Translations under genes and position numbers: made by a program
NCBI GenBank assembly: GCA_038260485.1
Contig: JBBSNT010000001.1
Coordinates: 1-57,329 of the forward strand
DNA: 57,329 bases
Source of the DNA: Aggregatilineales bacterium
Lineage (GTDB): Bacteria; Chloroflexota; Anaerolineae; Aggregatilineales; Phototrophicaceae
Direction: 5' to 3'
The notes under the pieces: model-generated
Database searches by the model: none
Seen by the model: only the letters and a program-made list of their open reading frames with translations
What the model was told of the DNA's origin: nothing
Part shown: one piece after another, positions 19,024 to 26,996 of the stretch
Numbering within the stretch: the stretch's first letter is position 1
How the letters are laid out: every line of letters starts with the position of its first letter

Positions 19024-19823
19024 GCTGTCCAGCCTCCGTCGATGACGAGGTTGCTGCCCGTCATGTACGATGACGCATCCGAAAGCAGGAAGACCAATCC
19101 GCCGCAGTATTCGCGCTCGTTTGCCATGCGCCCCATCGGTGTGCGGTCGCTGTAGCGGCGTACAAAATCGTCATCCTGATTGGTGTAGACGCCGCCGGGC
19201 GTCAGCGTGTTGACGCGAATGCCTTTATCGCCCCAGTAGGTCGCTAGATAGCGCGTCAAGCCAATTGCCGCCGCTTTGGTCACGGTGTAGGTGACGGGTT
19301 TGAAACTGCGCGGCTTTTCGGGATCGTCAGGGATGTAGAGTCGTTGATCCGGGCCGCTGATGCCGTAGGTCGAAGCGATGTTGATGATCGCGCCGCTGCC
19401 CTGTTTGAGCATCGCTGGCGCGACGGCTTGGGCGCAGAGGAACATGCCCGTGATGTTGACGGCGAGGCTTTGATTCCATGCCTCAATGGGGAAATCCTCG
19501 AAGGTGTCGAGGTGCTTTTCTCCGGCGTCGAATTTGGGATTGATGGCGGCGTTGTTGACCAGCCCGTCGATGCGTCCATATTGGTCGAGGACGCGCTGCG
19601 CCATCGCTTTGACGGCGGCAGGATCAGAGACATCGACGCCGATGCCGATTGCTTCAGTGCCGACGCCTTGAGCAATCGATTCTGCGGCGTCGTTGTCTAA
19701 ATCTGCAACGATGGGAATGCCGCCCGCTTCACTCACGGCGCGAGCGTATTCGCGCCCCAGCAAGCCAACCCCACCCGTAATGATGACGACCTTGCCGTCC
19801 AGACGAAACGAAGTTTGTGTCAT
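19017..19823 (-). CDS. SDR family oxidoreductase (PtmA-like)
   Basis: 'ITGGVGLLG', 'NNA', catalytic 'YTVTK', 'SSYMTGSNLVIDGGWT'. Confidence 0.9.
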   Translation of the reverse strand: MTQTSFRLDGKVVIITGGVGLLGREYARAVSEAGGIPIVADLDNDAAESIAQGVGTEAIGIGVDVSDPAAVKAMAQRVLDQYGRIDGLVNNAAINPKFDAGEKHLDTFEDFPIEAWNQSLAVNITGMFLCAQAVAPAMLKQGSGAIINIASTYGISGPDQRLYIPDDPEKPRSFKPVTYTVTKAAAIGLTRYLATYWGDKGIRVNTLTPGGVYTNQDDDFVRRYSDRTPMGRMANEREYCGGLVFLLSDASSYMTGSNLVIDGGWTAW

Positions 19824-19855
19824 AAGGAGATTTGTCCTTTGTTCATCCGTTATTG

Positions 19856-20779
19856 CTAACGCTGTCCGTAGAATTTGTAACGGTTCTCGTCCAGTGCGAT
19901 GGTTTGTACCGCTTGACTCTGGCGTTGTTGATCAACGAAGGTTTCGTTATTTACGCGATTGTAAAGATGTCGAAGCACGAGATCGGCTGGCAGGGGTTCG
20001 CGCAGCCCCCGATAATCAGGAATGAATTCAAACTGATTATCTGTCTGCATATTAAACTCATTGATCGCCAGATTTTCCCCAACACGTTCGGAAGAGAAGT
20101 TCAAACCTGTATCATCAAAATACCAAAAACTCAACGATGGCATGTGTTCAGGAAACAAACTTTCAAAAATCGAGATTGTAGAGGTATACAAATCACAGTC
20201 TACAATCACAAATAAAGGTGGATAGGCTGCCAGTTCGGACAGGACTTGTGGAATCGTGTCGGAGAAAAGTCCCGGAACGAGCGTCGTCATCGAAGGATCG
20301 ATCAGCTTTTTAAGCTTACTGAAATCGCTCGGGTAATCCCCCTCCTTCCAAACGGATGTGCCATCTTTTGCCCCATCTAATCGGGGGAGTCCCGAAAAGG
20401 TATCGAAACCGTAAAGTTTTACGGTTTTCGTGGGAAAATCCTCTGCCATTGCTTCCAATAAATGCTGAAGGAAAAGTATACCGTTGCCTTCCGCAACGCC
20501 GAATTCCAAGACTGAGAATTGATCTAGCCCTAACTTGTCTGAATAAGCGAGTGCGCGTCGTAATCCTAAATAATAATAAGGTCGCTGAAGACTCTTCAAC
20601 TTATACAATTGGCGAACACGTAAATGGGAAGGTAATCCTTCAAAATGACGGCAAGCATAGACATCTAACTGCGGCTGGAATAAAGGAAAAGGACGAAAGA
20701 AACCCCGGTAAAATGCTCGTTGAACTTTGCTGCTCAAGGTCGCCATTTTTCTATTCCTTTTACTAATACTGCTCATCAT
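19856..20779 (-). CDS. TylF/MycF/NovP-type O-methyltransferase
   Basis: 'LEFGVAEG', 'YGFDTFSGLP', 'GLFSDT', 'VDCDLYTST', 'FDD'. Confidence 0.82.
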   Translation of the reverse strand: MMSSISKRNRKMATLSSKVQRAFYRGFFRPFPLFQPQLDVYACRHFEGLPSHLRVRQLYKLKSLQRPYYYLGLRRALAYSDKLGLDQFSVLEFGVAEGNGILFLQHLLEAMAEDFPTKTVKLYGFDTFSGLPRLDGAKDGTSVWKEGDYPSDFSKLKKLIDPSMTTLVPGLFSDTIPQVLSELAAYPPLFVIVDCDLYTSTISIFESLFPEHMPSLSFWYFDDTGLNFSSERVGENLAINEFNMQTDNQFEFIPDYRGLREPLPADLVLRHLYNRVNNETFVDQQRQSQAVQTIALDENRYKFYGQR

Positions 20780-20860
20780 TTGTTTTACTGAAGGCTCAAC
20801 TCCCGTATTCGGCTGCTTAAGCTCGCCCGAATAACTCCTCCGGCGGGATGTAAAACCGAT

Positions 20861-21874
20861 TCAAACGTCCAAAAGGCGCTTTTGTGCTGCGCTCTGCTTG
20901 GCGGCGATGCAAATCTCTAGTGCTCTGATGCCGTCCTGAAGCGTGCAAAGGGACGTCGCTTCGGCGCGAATGCAGGCGGCAAAATGGCGTAATTCGTCCA
21001 TGAACATGACGTTACGCTCAAATTCCTCCGCCGGGGTTACGGACTGCCAATTCTGGGCGGCTGCTCGATAACAGTGGGCGACGCCATCGGCATTGTCCCA
21101 GCGCATCGAGCCTTCTGTCCCAACGATGTGCAGCCAATGGCAGGGTGGACGCTGTACGTAATCGAGATGAATGTGACCGGGAACGCCACTGGCAAAGCCG
21201 AGATGAATGTCGGCGGTGTCTTCGGTTTCAATGTCCAACCCCTCGAAGCTCAGCGTTGCATATACGCTGTCAACTTCACCGGCTAACCAGCGCAGATAAT
21301 CAATCGGGTGCGAGAGCGTCAGCACGACACCCCCGCCCAAATCTTCGCGGGCGCTGTAGCTCTGACTATAATCTTCCCATGGGTGCCAGTCCGGTAGGTA
21401 TTCTCCCCAGTGGGCTTGGACGCTGGTTATTCTACCGATTTGCCCCTCGTCTAACCAGCGTTTGATCTGGCGCAGACCGGGATGAAAGCGAAATTGGAAG
21501 CCAACGAAAAAGACGAGCGCTTTCTCGTCCACAACCTGCCGCAGTTCATCAATACCGTCTAACGTGTGTGAAATTGGCTTTTCGATGAAGATGTGACTGC
21601 CTGATCGCGCGGCTGCGAGCGCGGTCGAAAGGTGGAGTGAAGTTGGGTTGGCGATCAGGGTCGCCGTTGGCTGGTGCGCGAGCGCTTTTGCCAAGTCGTA
21701 CTCGATGGTTACGCCAGCAAGCTCGTGGTCAGGGAGCGTGCTGTGTCCGCTGCGGCAGACGATTATCTCTGAATCCTGCCAGCCTAAGGCGCGTAAATTT
21801 CTGAGATGCCGCCGACCAATTGAGCCGAAGCCGACGATCAGCATCGTATTTTTAACTTCTGGCTGAGTCGTCAA
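20861..21874 (-). CDS. Gfo/Idh/MocA family oxidoreductase (PtmF-like)
   Basis: 'IVGFGSIGRRH', 'IFIEKP', 'GFQFRFHP', 'GGGVVLTLSHPIDY'. Start is probably TTG 21874 or ATG 21844. Confidence 0.9.
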   Translation of the reverse strand: MTTQPEVKNTMLIVGFGSIGRRHLRNLRALGWQDSEIIVCRSGHSTLPDHELAGVTIEYDLAKALAHQPTATLIANPTSLHLSTALAAARSGSHIFIEKPISHTLDGIDELRQVVDEKALVFFVGFQFRFHPGLRQIKRWLDEGQIGRITSVQAHWGEYLPDWHPWEDYSQSYSAREDLGGGVVLTLSHPIDYLRWLAGEVDSVYATLSFEGLDIETEDTADIHLGFASGVPGHIHLDYVQRPPCHWLHIVGTEGSMRWDNADGVAHCYRAAAQNWQSVTPAEEFERNVMFMDELRHFAACIRAEATSLCTLQDGIRALEICIAAKQSAAQKRLLDV

Positions 21875-21875
21875 A

Positions 21876-23111
21876 TTATTTGTCCCAACCGAAGTCGCAC
21901 TTGAGCAGATCATAGAGACGTTCGTTATGGGGCTTGAAGTAGTCTACAAGGATCGGGCGTGTTTCGGGCGCCATTGGCGATACGCTTCGTCCGCCTACGA
22001 AAAGCTGCTCGCGTACAATATCGGTTTGATTGGCAAACGATGCCCTGGTGTAGGCGGGAAGATTGAGGAAATCGATTAACTGCGCGTAGACTTGCGCTGT
22101 ATTCTTATACATCACTTCCGACTGACTGATATGAACTTGCTCACGCGGGAAAAGCGTGAACACGCGCTCTAATTGCTCGGCGTAATGCCCGCGTGCTTTA
22201 TAGCCCTGACGGTGGAGCGCTAAACTCTTGTAGCGTGGGTTGGTGGTTTCGCGTTCATATTCACCCGCGAGGCGATCTTCTTCGGTCGCAATCGCTTCTT
22301 CGAATGAGAGATCTTCTTTTTTGCCACCGTAGGCTGCACTGTAGTGGGAGAAGGCGCGGTCAATCGGATTACGCAGCAGGATGATGAGCTTGATAGCAGG
22401 GAATTTCCCCTGAATGCGTTCTATGCAGTTCGGGAGGTACATGTATTCAGGAGTCGCTTCACCCGTGATAGCCCCTTCGGGTTTGAATAGGGAGACGGGG
22501 AAATTGGAACGATAATGCCCCATGTCATCACGGTAGGGGTTGTTAAAGTAATGCAACTCCTTATGCCGCGCATGGTAAATCAGCGGATGCTGGGCTAAGT
22601 AGGCGTACATTGAGGTCGTGCCGCTGCGCTGTGCGCCAACGATCATGAACGAAGGCTGCATCCGTAGTAGGGCAGAGCGATGCGTCAGCATCTTGTCCAC
22701 CTGTCTGGTCGCCCCGGTCACGCGCTCGCGCCACACCAACGAGGGCGCGATACCCTCAATTTCCTCTGGATACATGAGGCTGAGAAGCTCCCGATTCAGT
22801 TTAAACCTGCTGACGCCTTTCACCCGGCTCATTCGTTCAATGCGATGTTTTTGATTCGCATCTTTGAACGTCAAGTTTTGGCAGCGATCCGGGTCGAACA
22901 GCGGTTCCGATTTCATTACCGCGTTGAGTTCATCTGCTAAAATGACCTGTAATGCTTCTTTATCTCCTTGGGAGAGCGCTTGTTTTGCAGTGTCCGACAA
23001 CTGGTCACATAAATAGGATGAGAAGGCGTCTGAATGCTGCTGGAATCGCTCAATAAGCGGGTATACGTCTTTCAATTGTTGAGGTTTTAGCAACCAATCG
23101 GTTTGTGGCAA
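21876..23111 (-). CDS. Sulfotransferase (Sulfotransfer_1) with extra N-terminal helical domain
   Basis: 'IVGAQRSGTTS', 'KELHYF', 'GEATPEY', 'LRNPIDRAFSHY', 'FKPHNERLY'. Confidence 0.88.
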   Translation of the reverse strand: MPQTDWLLKPQQLKDVYPLIERFQQHSDAFSSYLCDQLSDTAKQALSQGDKEALQVILADELNAVMKSEPLFDPDRCQNLTFKDANQKHRIERMSRVKGVSRFKLNRELLSLMYPEEIEGIAPSLVWRERVTGATRQVDKMLTHRSALLRMQPSFMIVGAQRSGTTSMYAYLAQHPLIYHARHKELHYFNNPYRDDMGHYRSNFPVSLFKPEGAITGEATPEYMYLPNCIERIQGKFPAIKLIILLRNPIDRAFSHYSAAYGGKKEDLSFEEAIATEEDRLAGEYERETTNPRYKSLALHRQGYKARGHYAEQLERVFTLFPREQVHISQSEVMYKNTAQVYAQLIDFLNLPAYTRASFANQTDIVREQLFVGGRSVSPMAPETRPILVDYFKPHNERLYDLLKCDFGWDK

Positions 23112-23177
23112 ATTGGAAATCCTCCTTCGGAATGATCAAGCATTTAGAACCCAACTACTAATCGACTTATGGCAGTT

Positions 23178-24254
23178 TTAGTCACTCGTATTGCTAGAAA
23201 GTGTCTGGCTAATACGATGACAGTAATCTTTCTGAACCTCAGTCAATTTTCGTACAGTATCAAAACGTTGTTTCCGGCGCGCATAGGATTCATTAATGAG
23301 CGACTCGGATGCTGCGAGGAGTTGCTCGAAAGTCGTTTCCCTAGGATCGAGAATCTGAAACTCGTTTGGGACAACACTCAAGGCATCTTCGTATTTTGAG
23401 CGCCGCTCCAATGCGATAGAAGGCACACCCCAAGAACATGCAAAAATAGCGGGATGCATTCGCATGGTAATGAGCGCCTTCGCTTTTGTGACAAGGTGCT
23501 TGAACGATTCCAAGGTGCCATCATACTTGACTAAGCCATCAACAATGCCGCCGAGAGATTCGTGCATGAATTTCTCGTTTGCCTCATGCTCACTAGTTGC
23601 TGTACTGTAAAGTATAACTTTGTAGCCTAAGTCTTTCAGCGCTGCTACAAGACGAGGCAGCATTGCATATCGATCCATATCACTTTGATAGAGATCTGAG
23701 GTCTGTTTCGTAAAACGAATCGATAAAACAACATAATCTTCAGGTTCAACAGGTTGAGATATATCGAGGTTAGTTAAAAATGCCATATCCCCAACTACCT
23801 CGGATTCAATACCTAATTTATGAAGTTCCTTTTGTGTTTGATATCCACGCACCCCACGTAACGGTGCTGCTTTGAGTACAGCCACCCAGCTTTCTAAGAG
23901 CTGCTCATCTGTGGGAATGTCTCTCGAACCTGTACCAAAAAGTAAAGGATGAGCACCTGCTGAGATCAAGCGCGCAAACAATCGTTCGATCTGTTTCTCA
24001 AATAAGAGTGTTCCGCCGCCTAAGATAAACAAGCGTTTGGCGATGAAAGCAGAAGCCTTTGCTGAGCGATGATCAAAGCGCGAAAATGGCACAAGGCGGT
24101 TTCCCGTTAAAATGTGTGAGGATGCCAAGTGATAAAGCACTTCGTCACCCAAATTGCCATTGTTTGGATAAGCGACATAGGGAACAGCCCTATGCAGTAG
24201 ATCGTCAATCGCATTACGAATGATTTGTGGGTATACGTTTATGATGCCCCCCAA
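23178..24254 (-). CDS. Polysaccharide pyruvyl transferase family protein
   Basis: 'GNLGDE', 'LGGGTL', 'GVRG', 'GDMAF', 'MRMHPAIFA..WGVP'. Confidence 0.82.
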   Translation of the reverse strand: MGGIINVYPQIIRNAIDDLLHRAVPYVAYPNNGNLGDEVLYHLASSHILTGNRLVPFSRFDHRSAKASAFIAKRLFILGGGTLLFEKQIERLFARLISAGAHPLLFGTGSRDIPTDEQLLESWVAVLKAAPLRGVRGYQTQKELHKLGIESEVVGDMAFLTNLDISQPVEPEDYVVLSIRFTKQTSDLYQSDMDRYAMLPRLVAALKDLGYKVILYSTATSEHEANEKFMHESLGGIVDGLVKYDGTLESFKHLVTKAKALITMRMHPAIFACSWGVPSIALERRSKYEDALSVVPNEFQILDPRETTFEQLLAASESLINESYARRKQRFDTVRKLTEVQKDYCHRISQTLSSNTSD

Positions 24255-24356
24255 TTTTCTCGCTCATCGCACTCATAAATCTGGAGCTGGTACTGAAGAT
24301 AACGATGTGGAACCGTTACCTTCGAACTCTCACTCCCCAAAATTCGGAAAACCGTT

Positions 24357-25700
24357 TTACTCTTGCTCTACCGAAGGGATTTTCTGCTGCTCCGGCTCGG
24401 GCGCACCAAATTTGTAGTCAAAGCGGAATGGTCCCGTTACCCATTTCTGTTGGTACAACTGATCGAGAGAATCAGAGAATGGGGTTGTTGTGATTTTGAA
24501 ATTCAGCCCCTTTATCATAGGGTGCTTCATACCATTGACACGGTATTTTATCGAGGATCCAAAATAACCATTGCGTAGCCGGAGCGGATCGAGCGCGAGT
24601 TTCAGTTCATAGTCGCCATGAGGCAATTCTGTTGTATCCACTTCAGTGGGTACGGTAAACAAGGCGCGTGAAGTAGTTGCGTCATCGATGCTAACACCAA
24701 GGCGAAGAATGCCGTTAGGTCGGTGGATGCGTAAACCTAAGGCGAGCACGATGGATTCGCGTTCGGAGAAGACGCTACGACGCTCGCCATCTTCGCCAAC
24801 CAAACTCATCGACGTGAATTCAATATCGTGATGATTCGGATCAGCAAATGGCGTTAAATCCATCCAGCCTTCCATTTCCGCTTGATTATCGAGGCTGCGT
24901 AGATAATTCCTGACGACCGTCTCACTATCGCCGCTATCAACGATGCAGCCGCTTTTCAACAAAATACTGCGTTCTGTGAGCGTTGTAACTGCATCCAAAT
25001 TGTGGCTGACAAAGAGCACCGTCCGTCCTTCTTGGGCAACTTCTTGCATTTTGCCCAAGCATTTTTGCTGAAACTCCGCGTCACCGACCGCTAAAACCTC
25101 ATCAATAACGAGGATGTCTGGTTCAAGGTGAGCCGCTACTGCAAAGCCCAAACGCAGGCGCATGCCTGAGGAATAGCGCTTAACGGGCGTATCGATGAAG
25201 CGTTCTACGCCAGCGAAGTCAACGATTTCGTCGAACTTGCGCAGAATTTCTTGACGAGTCATGCCGAGAATTGCGCCGTTGAGCAGGACATTTTCGCGTC
25301 CCGTGAGTTCGAGGTGAAAGCCTGTGCCGACTTCGAGCAAGGCAGCAATGCGCCCGCGAATATCGACAAAGCCTTCTGTTGGTTCTGTGATACGCGAGAG
25401 AATCTTCAGGAGCGTGCTTTTCCCTGCGCCATTATGCCCAATAATACCGAGCGCCTCCCCTTTTTTGACATCAAATGAGATGTCTTTAAGCGCCCACATC
25501 AACTCGTCATCGGTTGCTATTTGGCGAGCTTTAGGGTTCGGATTTGGAAGCGCCCCCTTTGAAGAACGGCGCATTACTCGTGACATCGTATGTGAAAGGG
25601 ATTCGCTGAGCGTTTGGCTTCGCAGAGCCTTCATACTTCTTAACTGACCCAGACGATACTGTTTACCTAGATTTTCAACATGTACAGCTATGTCAGACAT
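24357..25700 (-). CDS. wzt: Polysaccharide ABC exporter ATP-binding subunit with C-terminal Wzt_C domain
   Basis: Walker A 'GHNGAGKST', 'YSSGMRLRLGFA', 'IDEVLAVGDAEFQQK', plus a C-terminal beta-rich extension. Confidence 0.92.
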   Translation of the reverse strand: MSDIAVHVENLGKQYRLGQLRSMKALRSQTLSESLSHTMSRVMRRSSKGALPNPNPKARQIATDDELMWALKDISFDVKKGEALGIIGHNGAGKSTLLKILSRITEPTEGFVDIRGRIAALLEVGTGFHLELTGRENVLLNGAILGMTRQEILRKFDEIVDFAGVERFIDTPVKRYSSGMRLRLGFAVAAHLEPDILVIDEVLAVGDAEFQQKCLGKMQEVAQEGRTVLFVSHNLDAVTTLTERSILLKSGCIVDSGDSETVVRNYLRSLDNQAEMEGWMDLTPFADPNHHDIEFTSMSLVGEDGERRSVFSERESIVLALGLRIHRPNGILRLGVSIDDATTSRALFTVPTEVDTTELPHGDYELKLALDPLRLRNGYFGSSIKYRVNGMKHPMIKGLNFKITTTPFSDSLDQLYQQKWVTGPFRFDYKFGAPEPEQQKIPSVEQE

Positions 25701-25733
25701 TGTTTATCTCGTAAGTTTCTAGCCGACAGAAGA

Positions 25734-26594
25734 TCAAGCAACATCCGCGAAGGTTTTTTCCATTCGCCGGAAGTAAAACAGTCCACTGACCAAAATGACG
25801 ATAGCGATCACCACCGAAACAAGCGTCGCACCTGTTGGTGCTTGCCCTTTACCCAAGAGCGCCCAACGGAAGCCTTCGATGACGCCTGCCATCGGGTTCA
25901 AATTAAAAAGTATACGGAGCACCGGGTCGGTGATGAGGCTGCTAGGATAGGCAATCGGTGTTGCGAACATCCATAGTTGTACGATAAACGGCACGGTGAA
26001 ACGAACGTCGCGGTAACGAACGTTGATGGCAGCGAACCAGACGCCCACACCGAGTGAAATTGTGGCGGCAATGAGCAGCAAGAATGGGAGCCAAATGATG
26101 TTTGCTGTTGGCGTAATCTGATAAAACAGCATCATGCCAACCAAAACGATAGACGCGATGAAGAAATCGATGAGTCCGCCGATGACGCTTGAGATGGGCA
26201 TGGCGAGTCGTGGAAAATAGACCTTCGTGAACAGATTGACATTACTCACGAGGCTGTTTGAAGAATTGGTCACGCCGTTGGCGAAGAACGTCCACGGGAC
26301 AAGCGCCGTATAGTAAAAGATCGGCTGAGGCAGCCCATCGGATGAGATTTTAGCTAACCGCCCAAAGAAGATGGTAAAAACGACCATCGTCATAAACGGC
26401 TGAATGACTGCCCACGATGCGCCGAGCAGTGTTTGTTTGTAGCGAACTTTGATGTCGCGCCACGTGAAAAAGAATAGCAGTTCACGGAACTCCCACAGTT
26501 CACTCAGCTTTAGATTCGCCCACCCGCGTGTCGGTTCGAGACGAATGACCGTTTCGGATTTCAGCATTTTTTTCGTTTGTACTTCGACTGCCAT
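25734..26594 (-). CDS. wzm: Polysaccharide ABC exporter permease
   Basis: 'RDIKVRYKQTLLGASW', 'KVYFPR', 'RYRDV', 'NPMAGVIEGFR', 'FADV'. Confidence 0.93.
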   Translation of the reverse strand: MAVEVQTKKMLKSETVIRLEPTRGWANLKLSELWEFRELLFFFTWRDIKVRYKQTLLGASWAVIQPFMTMVVFTIFFGRLAKISSDGLPQPIFYYTALVPWTFFANGVTNSSNSLVSNVNLFTKVYFPRLAMPISSVIGGLIDFFIASIVLVGMMLFYQITPTANIIWLPFLLLIAATISLGVGVWFAAINVRYRDVRFTVPFIVQLWMFATPIAYPSSLITDPVLRILFNLNPMAGVIEGFRWALLGKGQAPTGATLVSVVIAIVILVSGLFYFRRMEKTFADVA

Positions 26595-26996
26595 TGGATG
26601 TCCCCGCAGTATGATGACTGACTTGACGTCGTGAGCGTTGTTTGACTGTATCGTAAGCCACTGATAAGTCGTGAGCTGCTGGTGGCTTCAGTAAACTTCT
26701 ATGCTGTGAACCAGAAGGAAAATATATTTTTAATGCTGCCGATTAGGGAAGTGGGCAGTTGACCCTTTCTCGCTTGTGAAGTTTGGCTGTTACGCATTCG
26801 ACGCGCAAAAGGAAAACTCCCGATTCGGATCCTATTCGGGTTCTCAAATCTCGTCAATAGTTGATGATAAAAGGTTTTTTGGGGGGCGTGACAGAGAATT
26901 ACAACTCATGATGTGGGAGTTCTCTCGACCACGCCCTGTCAACTCATTGTCAGTTTTCAGGGCAGAAAAACAGATAAGGTGATGGTTTCATACCAC

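Noticed and set aside
16885-21874. Legionaminic or pseudaminic acid pathway
   Set aside because: No dehydratase, aminotransferase, acetyltransferase or hydrolysing epimerase in the locus.
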